A model generated the notes under the pieces. That model had not been told where the DNA came from, searched no databases, and saw only the letters and a program-made list of their open reading frames with translations. A stretch of 18,596 nt of DNA, taken from a virus (Duplodnaviria > Heunggongvirae > Uroviricota > Caudoviricetes). The DNA lies in the IMG/VR virus record IMGVR_UViG_3300029107_000039, one strand, 5' to 3'. The translations under genes and the position numbers were made by a program. Positions 1 through 8,824 of this stretch are shown here, one piece after another (the first letter of the stretch is position 1; every line of letters starts with the position of its first letter).

Positions 1-36
1 GGGCATTCTTCAGGCTATAGCCTTACAGGTTCAATC

Positions 37-96
37 ACCACCTCCCTAGGAGGTGGTTTAGGGATAACAATAAAAAAGCCAGCGGGCGCTGGCTTC
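37..96. terminator. Tandem hairpins, probable bidirectional rho-independent terminator at the leader-distal end of array A
   Basis: Hairpin 37-57 (ACCACCTCC-cta-GGAGGTGGT, 9-bp stem). Hairpin 78-93 (GCCAGC-gggc-GCTGGC) preceded by A6 at 72-77, which is T6 after the hairpin on the minus strand, and followed by TTCGTTT on the plus strand. Confidence 0.45.
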
Positions 97-97
97 G

Positions 98-546
98 TTT
101 CTAAGCTGCCTGTACGGCAGTGAACCGTTCGCACATTTCCGCGTACCCGTTGATGTCTTTCTAAGCTGCCTGTACGGCAGTGAACACCAGGACCGCGTAA
201 TCACTAATGTGGAGTTTTTTTCTAAGCTGCCTGTACGGCAGTGAACCATATAACGGCGAAAAAATGGGGGCACTATCCTTTCTAAGCTGCCTGTACGGCA
301 GTGAACGCGTGACAACCGAGCAATTTTCAGCGCTTGAATTTCTAAGCTGCCTGTACGGCAGTGAACCTGGCTGCTGAATATTTCGCAGAAAATCCGGGTT
401 TCTAAGCTGCCTGTACGGCAGTGAACTCCGCCTGTGGTATCAGGTCGGTGCTGATGAGTTTCTAAGCTGCCTGTACGGCAGTGAACATATGTGCGTCAAA
501 GAGCAAAGTTTGATTGATTTTCTAAGCTGCCTGTACGGCAGTGAAC
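98..546 (-). CRISPR. Type I-F CRISPR array A: 8 repeats, 7 spacers, transcribed on the minus strand
   Basis: Eight exact copies of the 28-nt TTTCTAAGCTGCCTGTACGGCAGTGAAC on the + strand (reverse complement of GTTCACTGCCGTACAGGCAGCTTAGAAA) starting at 98, 158, 219, 279, 339, 399, 459, 519. Spacers of 32-33 nt at 126-157, 186-218, 247-278, 307-338, 367-398, 427-458, 487-518. Leader-like AT-rich sequence lies on the right. Confidence 0.95.
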
Positions 547-817
547 TGGAATAATAGCAGACTATCCGATTGATTTACTGTTAAAACTTACAAAATCGCA
601 GATTCAACCCCTTTTTCCAGACTTCAAAATAGCAATAAACAAAATCAATGAGTTACATTTCAACCTAAAAAAAGGGTCGATTTGTTACTTCTTCAATCTC
701 ATATTTTCTGCATAGTTTTTGATAAACAATTAAACAGAACACATACGGTCATAATCTCCGTCACGCAAACAGCATGTTCATTGCGTAACCAAACGAATCA
801 ATCTCTATAAATTCTTC
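547..817 (-). promoter_or_regulatory. Leader of array A (AT-rich, expected to contain the array promoter)
   Basis: Directly abuts the last repeat. AT-rich. Shares motifs with the sequence right of array B (CAAAAT ... CCCCTTTTTT ... CAATAAC), indicating homologous leaders; by-eye alignment only. Confidence 0.5.
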
Positions 818-846
818 TTGACCGTTTTACTCCAACTCCCTATAGT
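818..846 (+). promoter_or_regulatory. Candidate sigma70 promoter of the tRNA-Ser gene
   Basis: TTGACC (818-823), 17-nt spacer, TATAGT (841-846), followed by a GC-rich discriminator AGCGCCCCG typical of stringently controlled tRNA promoters. The tRNA 5' end is at 890. Confidence 0.45.
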
Positions 847-889
847 AGCGCCCCGTTGCCACCCATGAGGTCAGGCTGCAAAACAATTT

Positions 890-977
890 GGTGAGGTGTC
901 CGAGTGGCTGAAGGAGCACGCCTGGAAAGTGTGTATACGGCAACGTATCCGGGGTTCGAATCCCCGCCTCACCGCCA
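890..977 (+). tRNA. serW: tRNA-Ser (anticodon GGA), long variable arm, encoded CCA end
   Basis: GGTGAGGTGTCCGAGTGGCTGAAGGAGCACGCCTGGAAAGTG... with anticodon loop CCT-GGA-AAG, T-arm CGGGG-TTCGAAT-CCCCG, 3' ACCGCCA. 88 nt, class II tRNA. Symbol assigned from its position next to clpA in E. coli-like genomes. Confidence 0.9.
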
Positions 978-990
978 TATTTTAAGAAGA

Positions 991-1018
991 GCTCGTACGA
1001 AAGTACGGGCTTTTTTTT
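991..1018 (+). terminator. Rho-independent terminator of the tRNA
   Basis: GCTCGTAC-GAAA-GTACGGGC (8-bp stem with one G-U, GNRA-type tetraloop) followed by T8 at 1011-1018. Confidence 0.6.
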
Positions 1019-1044
1019 CGCATTAATGCGCCTTAAATAAAAAA

Positions 1045-1071
1045 CACGTACTTCCTCTTCGAAAGTACGTG
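1045..1071 (-). terminator. Rho-independent terminator of the fimbrial operon
   Basis: Hairpin CACGTACTT-cctcttcga-AAGTACGTG. On the minus strand it is followed by TTTTTTATTT (plus 1035-1044). Lies about 30 nt downstream of the adhesin-frame stop at 1099. Confidence 0.5.
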
Positions 1072-1098
1072 AAAATCAGTGGCTGATTACTATACCCA

Positions 1099-2119
1099 CT
1101 AGTCGTAGGATACGGCAAATATGGCTTTGCTTTGGACTTCTCCTGGCTGTAGTGCTTCCTCATTCACGCGGACATATTTCGCGGTAATCGGGAAGGTGTA
1201 CTGATTCTCAATGGCCGCCATTTTAGTTAGTTTGTTCATCAGAGTATCACCCAGCTTTAGCTGGTGTCGTTGCGTTACCATTATAAATCTGGAACCCAAC
1301 CCCCTTAGCACCATTAAGCGATGTGTTTTTCAGAATGGTTCCACTATCATCCCATTCACCGCGCGCAACTTTAAAAGTCACTGGATTAGTCGTGACGTTA
1401 TAAACACTGTCACAATTTAAAACCAGATCTATAGAACCTGATTTTGTGTTATTGGCAGATTGCATCTCACTTATCGTTGTTTCTGGCATTCTTATTTCGT
1501 AAGTCGGTTGCGAGAAACTACAGGTTGTAGGTTTGTGTTTTGTTATATTAACATTTAAATTCTGTTGATAATCAGCATCAGTTGGTAACTTGTTGCCCCA
1601 CCAACAAAGTAAATAAATGAAGGCATTACTATAGCAAAGTTTATCAAAGAAGTTATTTTCAAATGGAAAGACAACCGCAGGAGCATTCAAGATGAATGAA
1701 TTAGAATATACTGTTTGAACATTCGCATTACTGTCAGGCGATTTTATATATGAAGCTGTTAATGCTATGCTTTTATTATTAATAGTATCGTTAACTGAAT
1801 AAGTCTTCCTGCCTCCCGTATCAACAGGAAATCCATCTCCGACATCAAGATTAAACTTAATATAAATTGATTGATTGCTGTTTTGATTTTCTTTCATCTC
1901 TACAACATAATTATCTAATGTTTTAAGCACATTTACCTTATCTTGAGTCGAATTACATGTAAATTCTCCCGTCAGATTAGGAGAAAATGTAACCGTTGCA
2001 TTTCCCGCAGTTAAGTCTAAATTAACCCCCTGTATTGCAGTAGAATTTCCGTTGATAGTACATTTAGCCTGCCCCCAAAATGGCAAAGCCAGTAGAAACA
2101 AAAACCAATATTTCTTCAT
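1099..2119 (-). pseudogene. Fimbrial tip adhesin (two-domain, FimH-like pilin-domain C-terminus), split by an apparent +1 frameshift near 1247-1252
   Basis: ORF 1247-2140 starts with a signal peptide at the ATG at 2119 (MKKYWFLFLLALPFWGQA, AAGGA RBS) and ends ...GVGFQIYNGNATTPAKAG-TGA. Skipping one nucleotide at GCT GGG (T) GAT continues into ORF 1099-1314 as ...DTLMNKLTKMAAIENQYTFPITAKYVRVNEEALQPGEVQSKAIFAVSYD, which resembles a fimbrial pilin-domain C-terminus (FimH ...LTANYARTGGQVTAGNVQSIIGVTFVYQ, from memory). Could be a true pseudogene or a sequence error. Confidence 0.6.
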
Positions 2120-2130
2120 AAACAAATCCT

Positions 2131-4617
2131 TTAGCGACAAATATAAACTTTATTCTCATCAATAACGTTATCAAAGGTAATAGTGCAGAATTGTTCCTGC
2201 TGTTTATTAACCGAGACGCGAATCGCCGCGGGAACATCATTGGTGCGAATAAATATCCGACTTCCCTGTCCTACCAAGCCCACATTGTTGCCGCTTTCAT
2301 CTTCAACCTCATAACCAAACGGCAACGGAGAGCCATCAGGGCGTTGGGAGATGAAATACCAAGGCTTGCGTTTATCAGTCTCAAACTGCGTCATCACTAC
2401 CGCACCACGATAAGGAACGGTGTTTTTACGGTTACCCAGTAGCGCCACATCGCTTTTACTGTCGGCAATATCCAACATCAACGTATTTTCACGATACGGC
2501 GTCAGGTTGTCATAAATAGCGTAGCCTCTGCTATCCGTGGTCAGGTAACGATATCCCTGCACCGCTGCTCCCTCCAGTCCCGGCGCTTTGACGATGGCGA
2601 ACGTATCAGAAAGTCTGGGAGCCAGTGCCACCCCGTCCGACCACGCGACTAAACCGCCTTGAATATTACCGCTAATCTGTTGATATCTTTTCGACTGGCT
2701 ATAGCTGCCACCAATGGTCGCCAATGGCGCACGCCAGGTCAGGTTTCCACCTGCGGTTGTTTCGCTACCCTGTTGCTGATGGCTTAAGTTAGCCCCGTAG
2801 CTGAACTGATCGCGACTCCCCGCTACACCGCTGAGACTGGTATTATTCGACCGATAGCCGTCTTTATCAAAAGTGGTCGAGTTAGAAACAAATAAATCTC
2901 GTCGTTTTTCAGTGATTCCATCGCCCCACGAGAAGGGAATTGAGAAATATAAGTTAATGCGTCTATCTTCGCGGTTATCTTCATCGTAAGTCTGGCTAAC
3001 AGACAAGGTATAACTAAGGCGTTCCCAGGAGTTCGAATAGCTGAGTTGATAATCTTTCCCTGTCCCGCTGCGTTCCCAATAATCCCGCCATTGACCGCTG
3101 ACCGACAGATATCCCCAATCATCTGGTAATGACTGGTTTATATTTACAGAAAAGCTGTTCTTGCGACCAAAATCGTACTGATAATAGTCGGCAATGTCAT
3201 AAACAGAGTCATCTTCTCGATTATATCTATTCCTGTTATTTGCCCATACGTGATCGTTAAAAGTACGATAATCCCGAGAGGAGTAACGCCAGGCCGCCAG
3301 AGAAAATTGCGTCCCACTCTGTGAGAGATATTTGTTCCAGGCAATCTGATAACTTTGACCATTAAATACATCACCGTTATCTTGTTCACTGTGGGAATGG
3401 GTAAAATCAACCGATACAGCACCAATCGGTGTATTCCATCCCGTGCCGAGAACAAACGATGAGTAATTATCAGACAACTGCGTGCCAGCATAGAGAGTCA
3501 GCAAATTATTAAGGCCATACTGATAGCTTCCCTGAATAAAATCCGACTGATTGCTGGCTCCCTCAATACGACTACGTCCGGCAGCAAATTCATATTTCGA
3601 AACGCCCGGTTGCAACATATTTGGTACAGATGAATAAGGTACACGATAACGCGATACCGAACCGTCAGCTTCTTTAACAGTAACTTCCAGATCGGCACCA
3701 CCACCAGCAAGTTGCAAATCATCAATGGCGAATGGACCTGGTGGAACCTCCTTCTGGTAAATAACAAAACCATTTTGTTCTATAGTGACGAGTGCGTTGC
3801 TCTGGGCAATTCCTCGCACTATAGGAGTAAAATTCTGTTTAGAGTTCGGCAACATCTGCATATCGCGCCAGAGGCGTACCCCGCGAAAACGCACGGAGTC
3901 AAAAACATCAGAGCCGGTATACATTTCACCAGCACGCAATGTGCCAAGAATTTGTGGAATTCCGCGCTCCAGATATAACGTGTTACTCTTCCATTTACCG
4001 CTGCTCTGGTCACTTTTCGTATAATTGGCATTTGAATGCAACTGCCAGCCCAGAAGATTCAAACCACTGTTCAGATTTAAATAGCTACTTTTATTATCTC
4101 CTCCGTGCTTATAATTACTGTAATACTGACTGGCATAATAAGATGTATATAATGCGTTAATCCCGCGATCCCATGCCTCAGGCGGGACATATCCGCGTTC
4201 ATACTCAACGACATAGGCTTGGGGTACACTTAACTTCAGGTTAAAATGCCCAATATCATAGTCAACGCTGCCGCCCTGTACCGCTTCCCGAAGTGGTACA
4301 CATTCTACGCTTTTATCGATATTAATGCCTTCTGTGAGGATACCTATTTGCTTTAACTGCTCCCAGGATAAACATGTTGCATCCGGATCATCTTTAATAT
4401 CGACATTATAATGTCCGCGCCACTGATTATTCAGGTATACATCCATATCATAGATACCGGGCATCGGCTTATTACTATCGATATGATAGTCAGAAATTTT
4501 TTCCCCATTTAATCCGCCAATCATAAAATGGGTGTCAAATGTTTCATCTTCCGCCCATGCAGACGAAGTTGCCAACACCGACAGGATAGCCAGCGTAATA
4601 GAATTAAGTTTAGACAT
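2131..4617 (-). CDS. Fimbrial outer-membrane usher protein
   Basis: About 828 aa from the ATG at 4617 (MSKLNSITLAILSVLATSSAWA signal peptide; CAGGGA RBS). Length and composition are typical of chaperone-usher ushers, with a C-terminal Cys pair (CTITFDNVIDENKVYICR). Sits between the chaperone and adhesin genes. Confidence 0.9.
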   Translation of the reverse strand: MSKLNSITLAILSVLATSSAWAEDETFDTHFMIGGLNGEKISDYHIDSNKPMPGIYDMDVYLNNQWRGHYNVDIKDDPDATCLSWEQLKQIGILTEGINIDKSVECVPLREAVQGGSVDYDIGHFNLKLSVPQAYVVEYERGYVPPEAWDRGINALYTSYYASQYYSNYKHGGDNKSSYLNLNSGLNLLGWQLHSNANYTKSDQSSGKWKSNTLYLERGIPQILGTLRAGEMYTGSDVFDSVRFRGVRLWRDMQMLPNSKQNFTPIVRGIAQSNALVTIEQNGFVIYQKEVPPGPFAIDDLQLAGGGADLEVTVKEADGSVSRYRVPYSSVPNMLQPGVSKYEFAAGRSRIEGASNQSDFIQGSYQYGLNNLLTLYAGTQLSDNYSSFVLGTGWNTPIGAVSVDFTHSHSEQDNGDVFNGQSYQIAWNKYLSQSGTQFSLAAWRYSSRDYRTFNDHVWANNRNRYNREDDSVYDIADYYQYDFGRKNSFSVNINQSLPDDWGYLSVSGQWRDYWERSGTGKDYQLSYSNSWERLSYTLSVSQTYDEDNREDRRINLYFSIPFSWGDGITEKRRDLFVSNSTTFDKDGYRSNNTSLSGVAGSRDQFSYGANLSHQQQGSETTAGGNLTWRAPLATIGGSYSQSKRYQQISGNIQGGLVAWSDGVALAPRLSDTFAIVKAPGLEGAAVQGYRYLTTDSRGYAIYDNLTPYRENTLMLDIADSKSDVALLGNRKNTVPYRGAVVMTQFETDKRKPWYFISQRPDGSPLPFGYEVEDESGNNVGLVGQGSRIFIRTNDVPAAIRVSVNKQQEQFCTITFDNVIDENKVYICR

Positions 4618-4631
4618 AATCAATCCCTGAT

Positions 4632-5312
4632 CTATTTGACGGTTTTTATTTTTTCACTCAAATAGTTTCCATTATCATCAATCAGCGTAACATTGTAATG
4701 GCTAACAACGGAGGCCGTGGTGACGGTCTGTTCTGACCAGGGAGCTAGTACCAGCGTTTCTTTATTTACTTTGGTATTACCTGTCAGTTCGGGAATAGTT
4801 ATCCAGTTCGCTGAATTATTTTTTATATTGATACCACCACTGACAGGTCTGATATTCAGTCGAGAAAAACTCCCTTTATCGACACCTGCTATACCTTCCG
4901 GACGATAAATAAATTTAATGCGGTTTTGCATCGCGAATTTAATCTGGTTTTTACTCTCATTTTTCTCACTATTAGGTGGAATATCCAGGACATTGAGAAA
5001 GAACAAGCTTTCGCGATCTTTAGGTAGGGTATTCGTCAGTTGCTTAATTTTAAGTTGCTGCCCCCCTCCTCCTTTTACGTGAGCTACCGGTGGCGTCAGC
5101 ACAAACGGAACATGAATTTTTTCTGGGGGCAGGCTGGTATCGCCATCATCAATCCACGACTGAATCAGAGCACTGCGCTCACCTTCATTCATTAATTGAA
5201 CGGTAATCTCTTTTTTCTGTTCTGGATAAATAACGCGAGTGCCGTAGATATAGACTCCGCCCCACACAGGCGTGACCATGCCGACCAGCAAAAAGGCTAT
5301 TAACTTTTTCAT
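4632..5312 (-). CDS. Periplasmic fimbrial chaperone (PapD-like)
   Basis: 226 aa from the ATG at 5312 (AAGGAG RBS 8 nt upstream). Signal peptide MKKLIAFLLVGMVTPVWG. PapD-family-like N-terminal region (TRVIYPEQKKEITVQLMNEGERSALIQSWIDDGD). Confidence 0.9.
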   Translation of the reverse strand: MKKLIAFLLVGMVTPVWGGVYIYGTRVIYPEQKKEITVQLMNEGERSALIQSWIDDGDTSLPPEKIHVPFVLTPPVAHVKGGGGQQLKIKQLTNTLPKDRESLFFLNVLDIPPNSEKNESKNQIKFAMQNRIKFIYRPEGIAGVDKGSFSRLNIRPVSGGINIKNNSANWITIPELTGNTKVNKETLVLAPWSEQTVTTASVVSHYNVTLIDDNGNYLSEKIKTVK

Positions 5313-5333
5313 GGCAACACTCCTTGTTGTAAA

Positions 5334-5352
5334 ATATCGGCGGCAGCCGCCG
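5334..5352 (-). other. Intercistronic hairpin between the major-subunit and chaperone genes
   Basis: ATCGGCGGC-a-GCCGCCGAT, a perfect 9-bp GC-rich inverted repeat between the subunit stop (5365) and the chaperone start (5312), with no strong T-run. Resembles the mRNA-stabilising or attenuating stem-loops found after major pilin genes. Confidence 0.4.
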
Positions 5353-5364
5353 ATAAGCAAAGTA

Positions 5365-5907
5365 TTAATCTGTTACGACAGTCATTGTCAACGCAGATTT
5401 AACATCACCAGAGGTCACTGAAGTATCAGATTTTGCATATCTTGCACTAAAGTTAAGCGTATATAAGTCATTCGTATCTTTCCCATTTAATTCAATAACT
5501 CCATCCTTTGTAATTCTCTTTTCCTCATCATTATTAACATAATAGACAGCAAACCCAGCGCCATTATTCGAAGCAGTATTAACCGTAATATTGTCATAAG
5601 AGTCAACAAATTGCGAACTAGAAAACGTAATTCTTGGCGTTTTATCTCCGGTACATTTAACTTTCAGAGGCACGGTAGTTTTATTTGAATAAGTATCAAC
5701 GGTACTGCCAACAGTTACATTTTCGAATTGATCAGCACCAATTTCGTTCATCGCAATTGTTGCAGTAGTACCGTCAATAAATTGACATGTAGTCCCCACG
5801 ACTTTACCGGTAATAATTAACTCCCCCTGTTGATTCCCTTCTGCAAATGCTCCTGCACTCATAAAAAGAGATGATAATACCGCAACTGCAATAATTGAAT
5901 GTTTCAT
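5365..5907 (-). CDS. Fimbrial major subunit (pilin)
   Basis: 180 aa. Signal peptide MKHSIIAVAVLSSLFMSAGAFA. Cys pair (TCQF ... KVKCTG) typical of pilins. First gene of the operon, with AAGGA RBS; followed by chaperone, usher and adhesin. Confidence 0.85.
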   Translation of the reverse strand: MKHSIIAVAVLSSLFMSAGAFAEGNQQGELIITGKVVGTTCQFIDGTTATIAMNEIGADQFENVTVGSTVDTYSNKTTVPLKVKCTGDKTPRITFSSSQFVDSYDNITVNTASNNGAGFAVYYVNNDEEKRITKDGVIELNGKDTNDLYTLNFSARYAKSDTSVTSGDVKSALTMTVVTD

Positions 5908-6323
5908 AGTCTATTCCTTAACTAATTTGCTTTACCTTAATAAGAGATATCAATCTCCTGACAAGAAACTTCTCAAAACGAAGATGTTGTAGCAATGTAA
6001 ATTATTTGTTTTCGTGACTTACATCAAATTATTTTAATTTAACACCGGAGAGAAATATTACACTACAAATATTTCCTAAGTTTATTTTATTTAATAATCG
6101 CATTTCTAATCAGAACAATAATAATGCTGGTTATTATTAGTCACCCAAATTCATATTTTTATGATTCGAGATAGATAATAAAAATTATTTTTAGCGAAGA
6201 AGACAACCTCCCTGATATGAACAACAACTATCGAACGCACTCAAGTTCCGCTTCTCAACGACCTGATCACACGGCAAAAAAAAGCCCAACCACACGGTCA
6301 GGCCTGTCCGAAATTGCAAACTA
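5908..6323 (-). promoter_or_regulatory. AT-rich upstream regulatory region of the fimbrial operon (promoter not pinpointed); also holds the csy4-distal A8/T8 tract
   Basis: 416 nt with no ORF of 60 aa or more, very AT-rich, containing AATAATAA-tgctgg-TTATTATT palindrome around 6115-6140. An A8 run at 6276-6283 is T8 on the minus strand, 40-47 nt after the csy4 stop; it may be part of a csy operon terminator but no clean hairpin was found. Confidence 0.35.
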
Positions 6324-6878
6324 TCAAAACCAGGGAATAGTTGCTGTTGCGCTTAATCCATAACTACTGAATTCCCCTTTCACCGGTTCAGTGAGCAAAT
6401 CACCATGACGGATAAACAGCTTGAACTGTTGCTGACTCGATAAACTCTTCATATTGAGAAAGGGTAAATCGGTCCGCCGTTCAGTTTGCGTCGCCAGTCG
6501 CTCAATTGCCTGTTCTTTAGTGAGCCAGCCCTTTTTTACTGAACGCCTTAACAGACGCAGGGGGTTACTTTTAACCTGCACACGGCTTACCACTCGCCAG
6601 CCTTTTATTTCAGGAATAGGAGTGACAGGTGAACATTGGCAATAGTCCGTAAGTCCTTTACGCCACGTTGAGGCTTCAAGCGCCTGCAATGCCGGGGCGC
6701 TGCCGTGTAAGCGTAAACGCGCTCCCGGCGTAACATTCACGTCCGGGAAACTCACGCCGATATCACCTTGCCCTCTTGCGCCTAATGCCCGGTGCAATTT
6801 GGCAAATAACGCTGCCATCAACATTTCACTCGAAAATTCAGGATCTGGCAGAACGCGGATCTCAAGGTAGTGCTCCAT
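6324..6878 (-). CDS. cas6f: Csy4 / Cas6f crRNA endoribonuclease
   Basis: 184 aa from the ATG at 6878 (AAGGAG RBS): MEHYLEIRVLPDPEF...AKLHRALG (conserved His)...FIRHG...YGLSATATIPWF. Closely resembles Pseudomonas Csy4 as recalled. The ORF track extends to 6920 using an upstream alternative start. Confidence 0.9.
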   Translation of the reverse strand: MEHYLEIRVLPDPEFSSEMLMAALFAKLHRALGARGQGDIGVSFPDVNVTPGARLRLHGSAPALQALEASTWRKGLTDYCQCSPVTPIPEIKGWRVVSRVQVKSNPLRLLRRSVKKGWLTKEQAIERLATQTERRTDLPFLNMKSLSSQQQFKLFIRHGDLLTEPVKGEFSSYGLSATATIPWF

Positions 6879-6888
6879 TGGCAGCTCC

Positions 6889-7890
6889 TTATTCCGCTTT
6901 CTCACCAAAGACACCGCCACGGATCAGCACTGCCATCACGTAGTGCTGTTGATCAACGTCTGGTTTCATCCCTTTAGTCACCCAATTGTCCAGTAAGGTA
7001 TAAAAATCGAGTTTTTCTTTCGGTTGGCGGCAGGCCACACCGCGACTGGTTACAGAACCGTAAGGTTCCACGGCGATAGCCCCCAACTCATCAACCTTCG
7101 GATGCCAGGTGTCAATAGTACGTAAAGCGTTGCCAATTTTTTGGGAGTGAATACCGGCAATGCCTGCAACCTGGTACAACACGCGACTTTTGCTACTGTT
7201 GCTGTCGAGCACCAGTTCCTGTGATGGGAAGACTTCTTGCCCGGCACCGAGGCGAACCTGCGCTTCAACGGTAAGCATCACCCACTCTTTTCCGCTTAAT
7301 CCTTGTTCAATTATTGTCGCCAGTTCTGTGACGCTACTCTGGCCTTGATCAAATTGACGCAAGGAGAAGTCATGACTGTTAAAAGTCCAGGACGAATCAT
7401 TAGCAGTAACTTTCACCTGGATCTGCTCAGCACCAATGCGGTTGCGCCACAAAAAACGACCATTTGCCAGATTCAGCGCATAGCGAAGCGCCAGCTCTTT
7501 AAAACCATGCTCGCTGATATAGCCGTCAATAACGTCGGAAAGCGCCTCCTGATAGGCCATATCATTACATACTGAAGGTGAAGATAAATTACCCAGCACT
7601 CGCAGCGTAAACACCACTTTTAGCGTATCAGCATCTACCGGAAGCGAGGCTACATCTACCCGCTGCAAGTTGGCTTTTTGGATTTCAGCATCCAGTTTGG
7701 TGGGGTCACTGGTAATCGTGTTTTTCAGGCGATTAGAAATGGTTCCGCGAACCGCTTTTTCCTGAATCTCAATGGGTTGCCATTCATTTCCTTGCCAGTT
7801 ACCTGCGTACATCGCCGCGTCAGACGTTGCCAGTTTGCGTTCAAATGCCAGTACCGACGCCGTTTTTATTGCTACAGGGGCCTTTGCCAT
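6889..7890 (-). CDS. cas7f: Csy3 / Cas7f Cascade backbone subunit
   Basis: 333 aa from the ATG at 7890 (AAGGAC RBS): [20 protein letters not shown]...[10 protein letters not shown]...LIRGGVFGE. Csy3-like. Stop at 6889, 11 nt before the csy4 start. Confidence 0.9.
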   Translation of the reverse strand: MAKAPVAIKTASVLAFERKLATSDAAMYAGNWQGNEWQPIEIQEKAVRGTISNRLKNTITSDPTKLDAEIQKANLQRVDVASLPVDADTLKVVFTLRVLGNLSSPSVCNDMAYQEALSDVIDGYISEHGFKELALRYALNLANGRFLWRNRIGAEQIQVKVTANDSSWTFNSHDFSLRQFDQGQSSVTELATIIEQGLSGKEWVMLTVEAQVRLGAGQEVFPSQELVLDSNSSKSRVLYQVAGIAGIHSQKIGNALRTIDTWHPKVDELGAIAVEPYGSVTSRGVACRQPKEKLDFYTLLDNWVTKGMKPDVDQQHYVMAVLIRGGVFGEKAE

Positions 7891-7900
7891 AATTATGTCC

Positions 7901-8824
7901 TTATTCTGAATCGTCATCTTCATTAGTAGTAGGGTCGTCAACGAGTGGTATTGCCGAGCAATAGTAGCCAGTGTCCGTCGTACGATAGCGCCACATCAGC
8001 GGTTGCAAATCAGTAATGCGATGTAATCCACGCCATTCGCCAATGCCATAAACCGCTTCGGCAAAGGCAAATGGCGTCACGGTATCGCGCGCATTTTCAA
8101 CTTCACCGGGAGCGTAAACAGGAGATATGCGTTGGTAACCGCACATTAACGGTACCAGGAAACCAGGCATTGGCTTCGGCTGGTATACCCATTGTGCGCT
8201 GTTGTCTTCTGCCGGAGATTCGGCCTGATATTTAATCGTGGCAAAATCAAGCCAGGCATCAAGCAACGATATGTCGGGATGTTGTTGGTGATGTTCAGCC
8301 AGCCATTCGCTGCGGTCGTAAAGCGCGTAACCTGGCATTAAACGCCAGATGATTTTACGCAGTTGCTTTTCATCTTCAGGCGCATGAAAAAGCTGAGGAT
8401 CGCGCATGTCAACAATGCTGCCGCCCGCCAGTTTGTGGCTCTGGCAGAGCATTTTCAGATGGTCACAAAGGGCTTTTCTACCGTATTCACCATTGGTAAT
8501 TTCGCCATTACATTCAATCAGCAGAGAGACCGTCAGGTGCATACGCCCCTCTTCATTAAATGAGGCGGTTTTACCTTCTCTGGTTAGTGGATTACGGGTG
8601 AGAGCGAACTGAAAATCGCGCCCGGAGCTGTACGCCTGAATATGTTGTTCATGGCTAACGACCGCGCAACCGTCAAAACTTACGCCAAATTCATCCACCA
8701 CTTTGCGAGAAAGCGCATGAACATAGCCGAGAAAATGGGTCATCGACGGGAATCCCCAGGTCAACCCGGAGACAGCGTTGGCGTTTTCGATACGTACATG
8801 GGGTAACAAGAGCAGATAACTCAT
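7901..8824 (-). CDS. cas5f: Csy2 / Cas5f Cascade subunit
   Basis: 307 aa: [27 protein letters not shown]...NPLTREGK...LHLTVSLL...GEWRGLHRI. Csy2-like. Its ATG overlaps the csy1 stop (ATGA at 8821-8824). Confidence 0.9.
   Translation of the reverse strand: MSYLLLLPHVRIENANAVSGLTWGFPSMTHFLGYVHALSRKVVDEFGVSFDGCAVVSHEQHIQAYSSGRDFQFALTRNPLTREGKTASFNEEGRMHLTVSLLIECNGEITNGEYGRKALCDHLKMLCQSHKLAGGSIVDMRDPQLFHAPEDEKQLRKIIWRLMPGYALYDRSEWLAEHHQQHPDISLLDAWLDFATIKYQAESPAEDNSAQWVYQPKPMPGFLVPLMCGYQRISPVYAPGEVENARDTVTPFAFAEAVYGIGEWRGLHRITDLQPLMWRYRTTDTGYYCSAIPLVDDPTTNEDDDSE

Noticed and set aside
58-315. ORF-track protein 58-315 (minus) with repeated ...SLPYRQLR... segments; similarly 14996-15313 and 15192-15410
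   Set aside because: These are translations of the CRISPR repeats themselves (the periodic HCRTGSLE / SLPYRQLRK motifs). They are array artefacts, not genes.
1211-1420. Plus-strand ORF 1211-1420 (69 aa) overlapping the adhesin 3' region
   Set aside because: Antisense to the adhesin coding sequence. The interesting feature there is the minus-strand frameshift, not this ORF.
2191-4160. Short ORFs overlapping the usher gene on both strands (2191-2442, 2823-3122, 3144-3491, 3498-3773, 3712-3978, 3785-4024, 3819-4031, 3939-4160)
   Set aside because: All lie within the continuous 830-aa usher frame, which has clear signal-peptide and usher-like features. They are alternative-frame artefacts.
6072-6080. 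TTTCCTAAG resembling the TTTCTAAG end of the CRISPR repeat
   Set aside because: Only about 8 nt with a mismatch and no adjacent hairpin sequence. Chance similarity in AT-rich DNA.
5908-6323. Possible invertible phase-variation switch or regulator gene upstream of the fimbrial operon
   Set aside because: No recombinase or regulator ORF and no pair of longer inverted repeats was seen, only a short AT-rich palindrome (AATAATAA/TTATTATT). Insufficient evidence for a fim-switch-like element.
5908-6323. Direct repeat of the tRNA 3' end marking the far boundary of an integrated island
   Set aside because: No copy of the tRNA-Ser 3' segment (…GGTTCGAATCCCCGCCTCACCGCCA) was seen near the csy4-proximal edge of the fimbrial operon. 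Island boundaries cannot be defined from this window.
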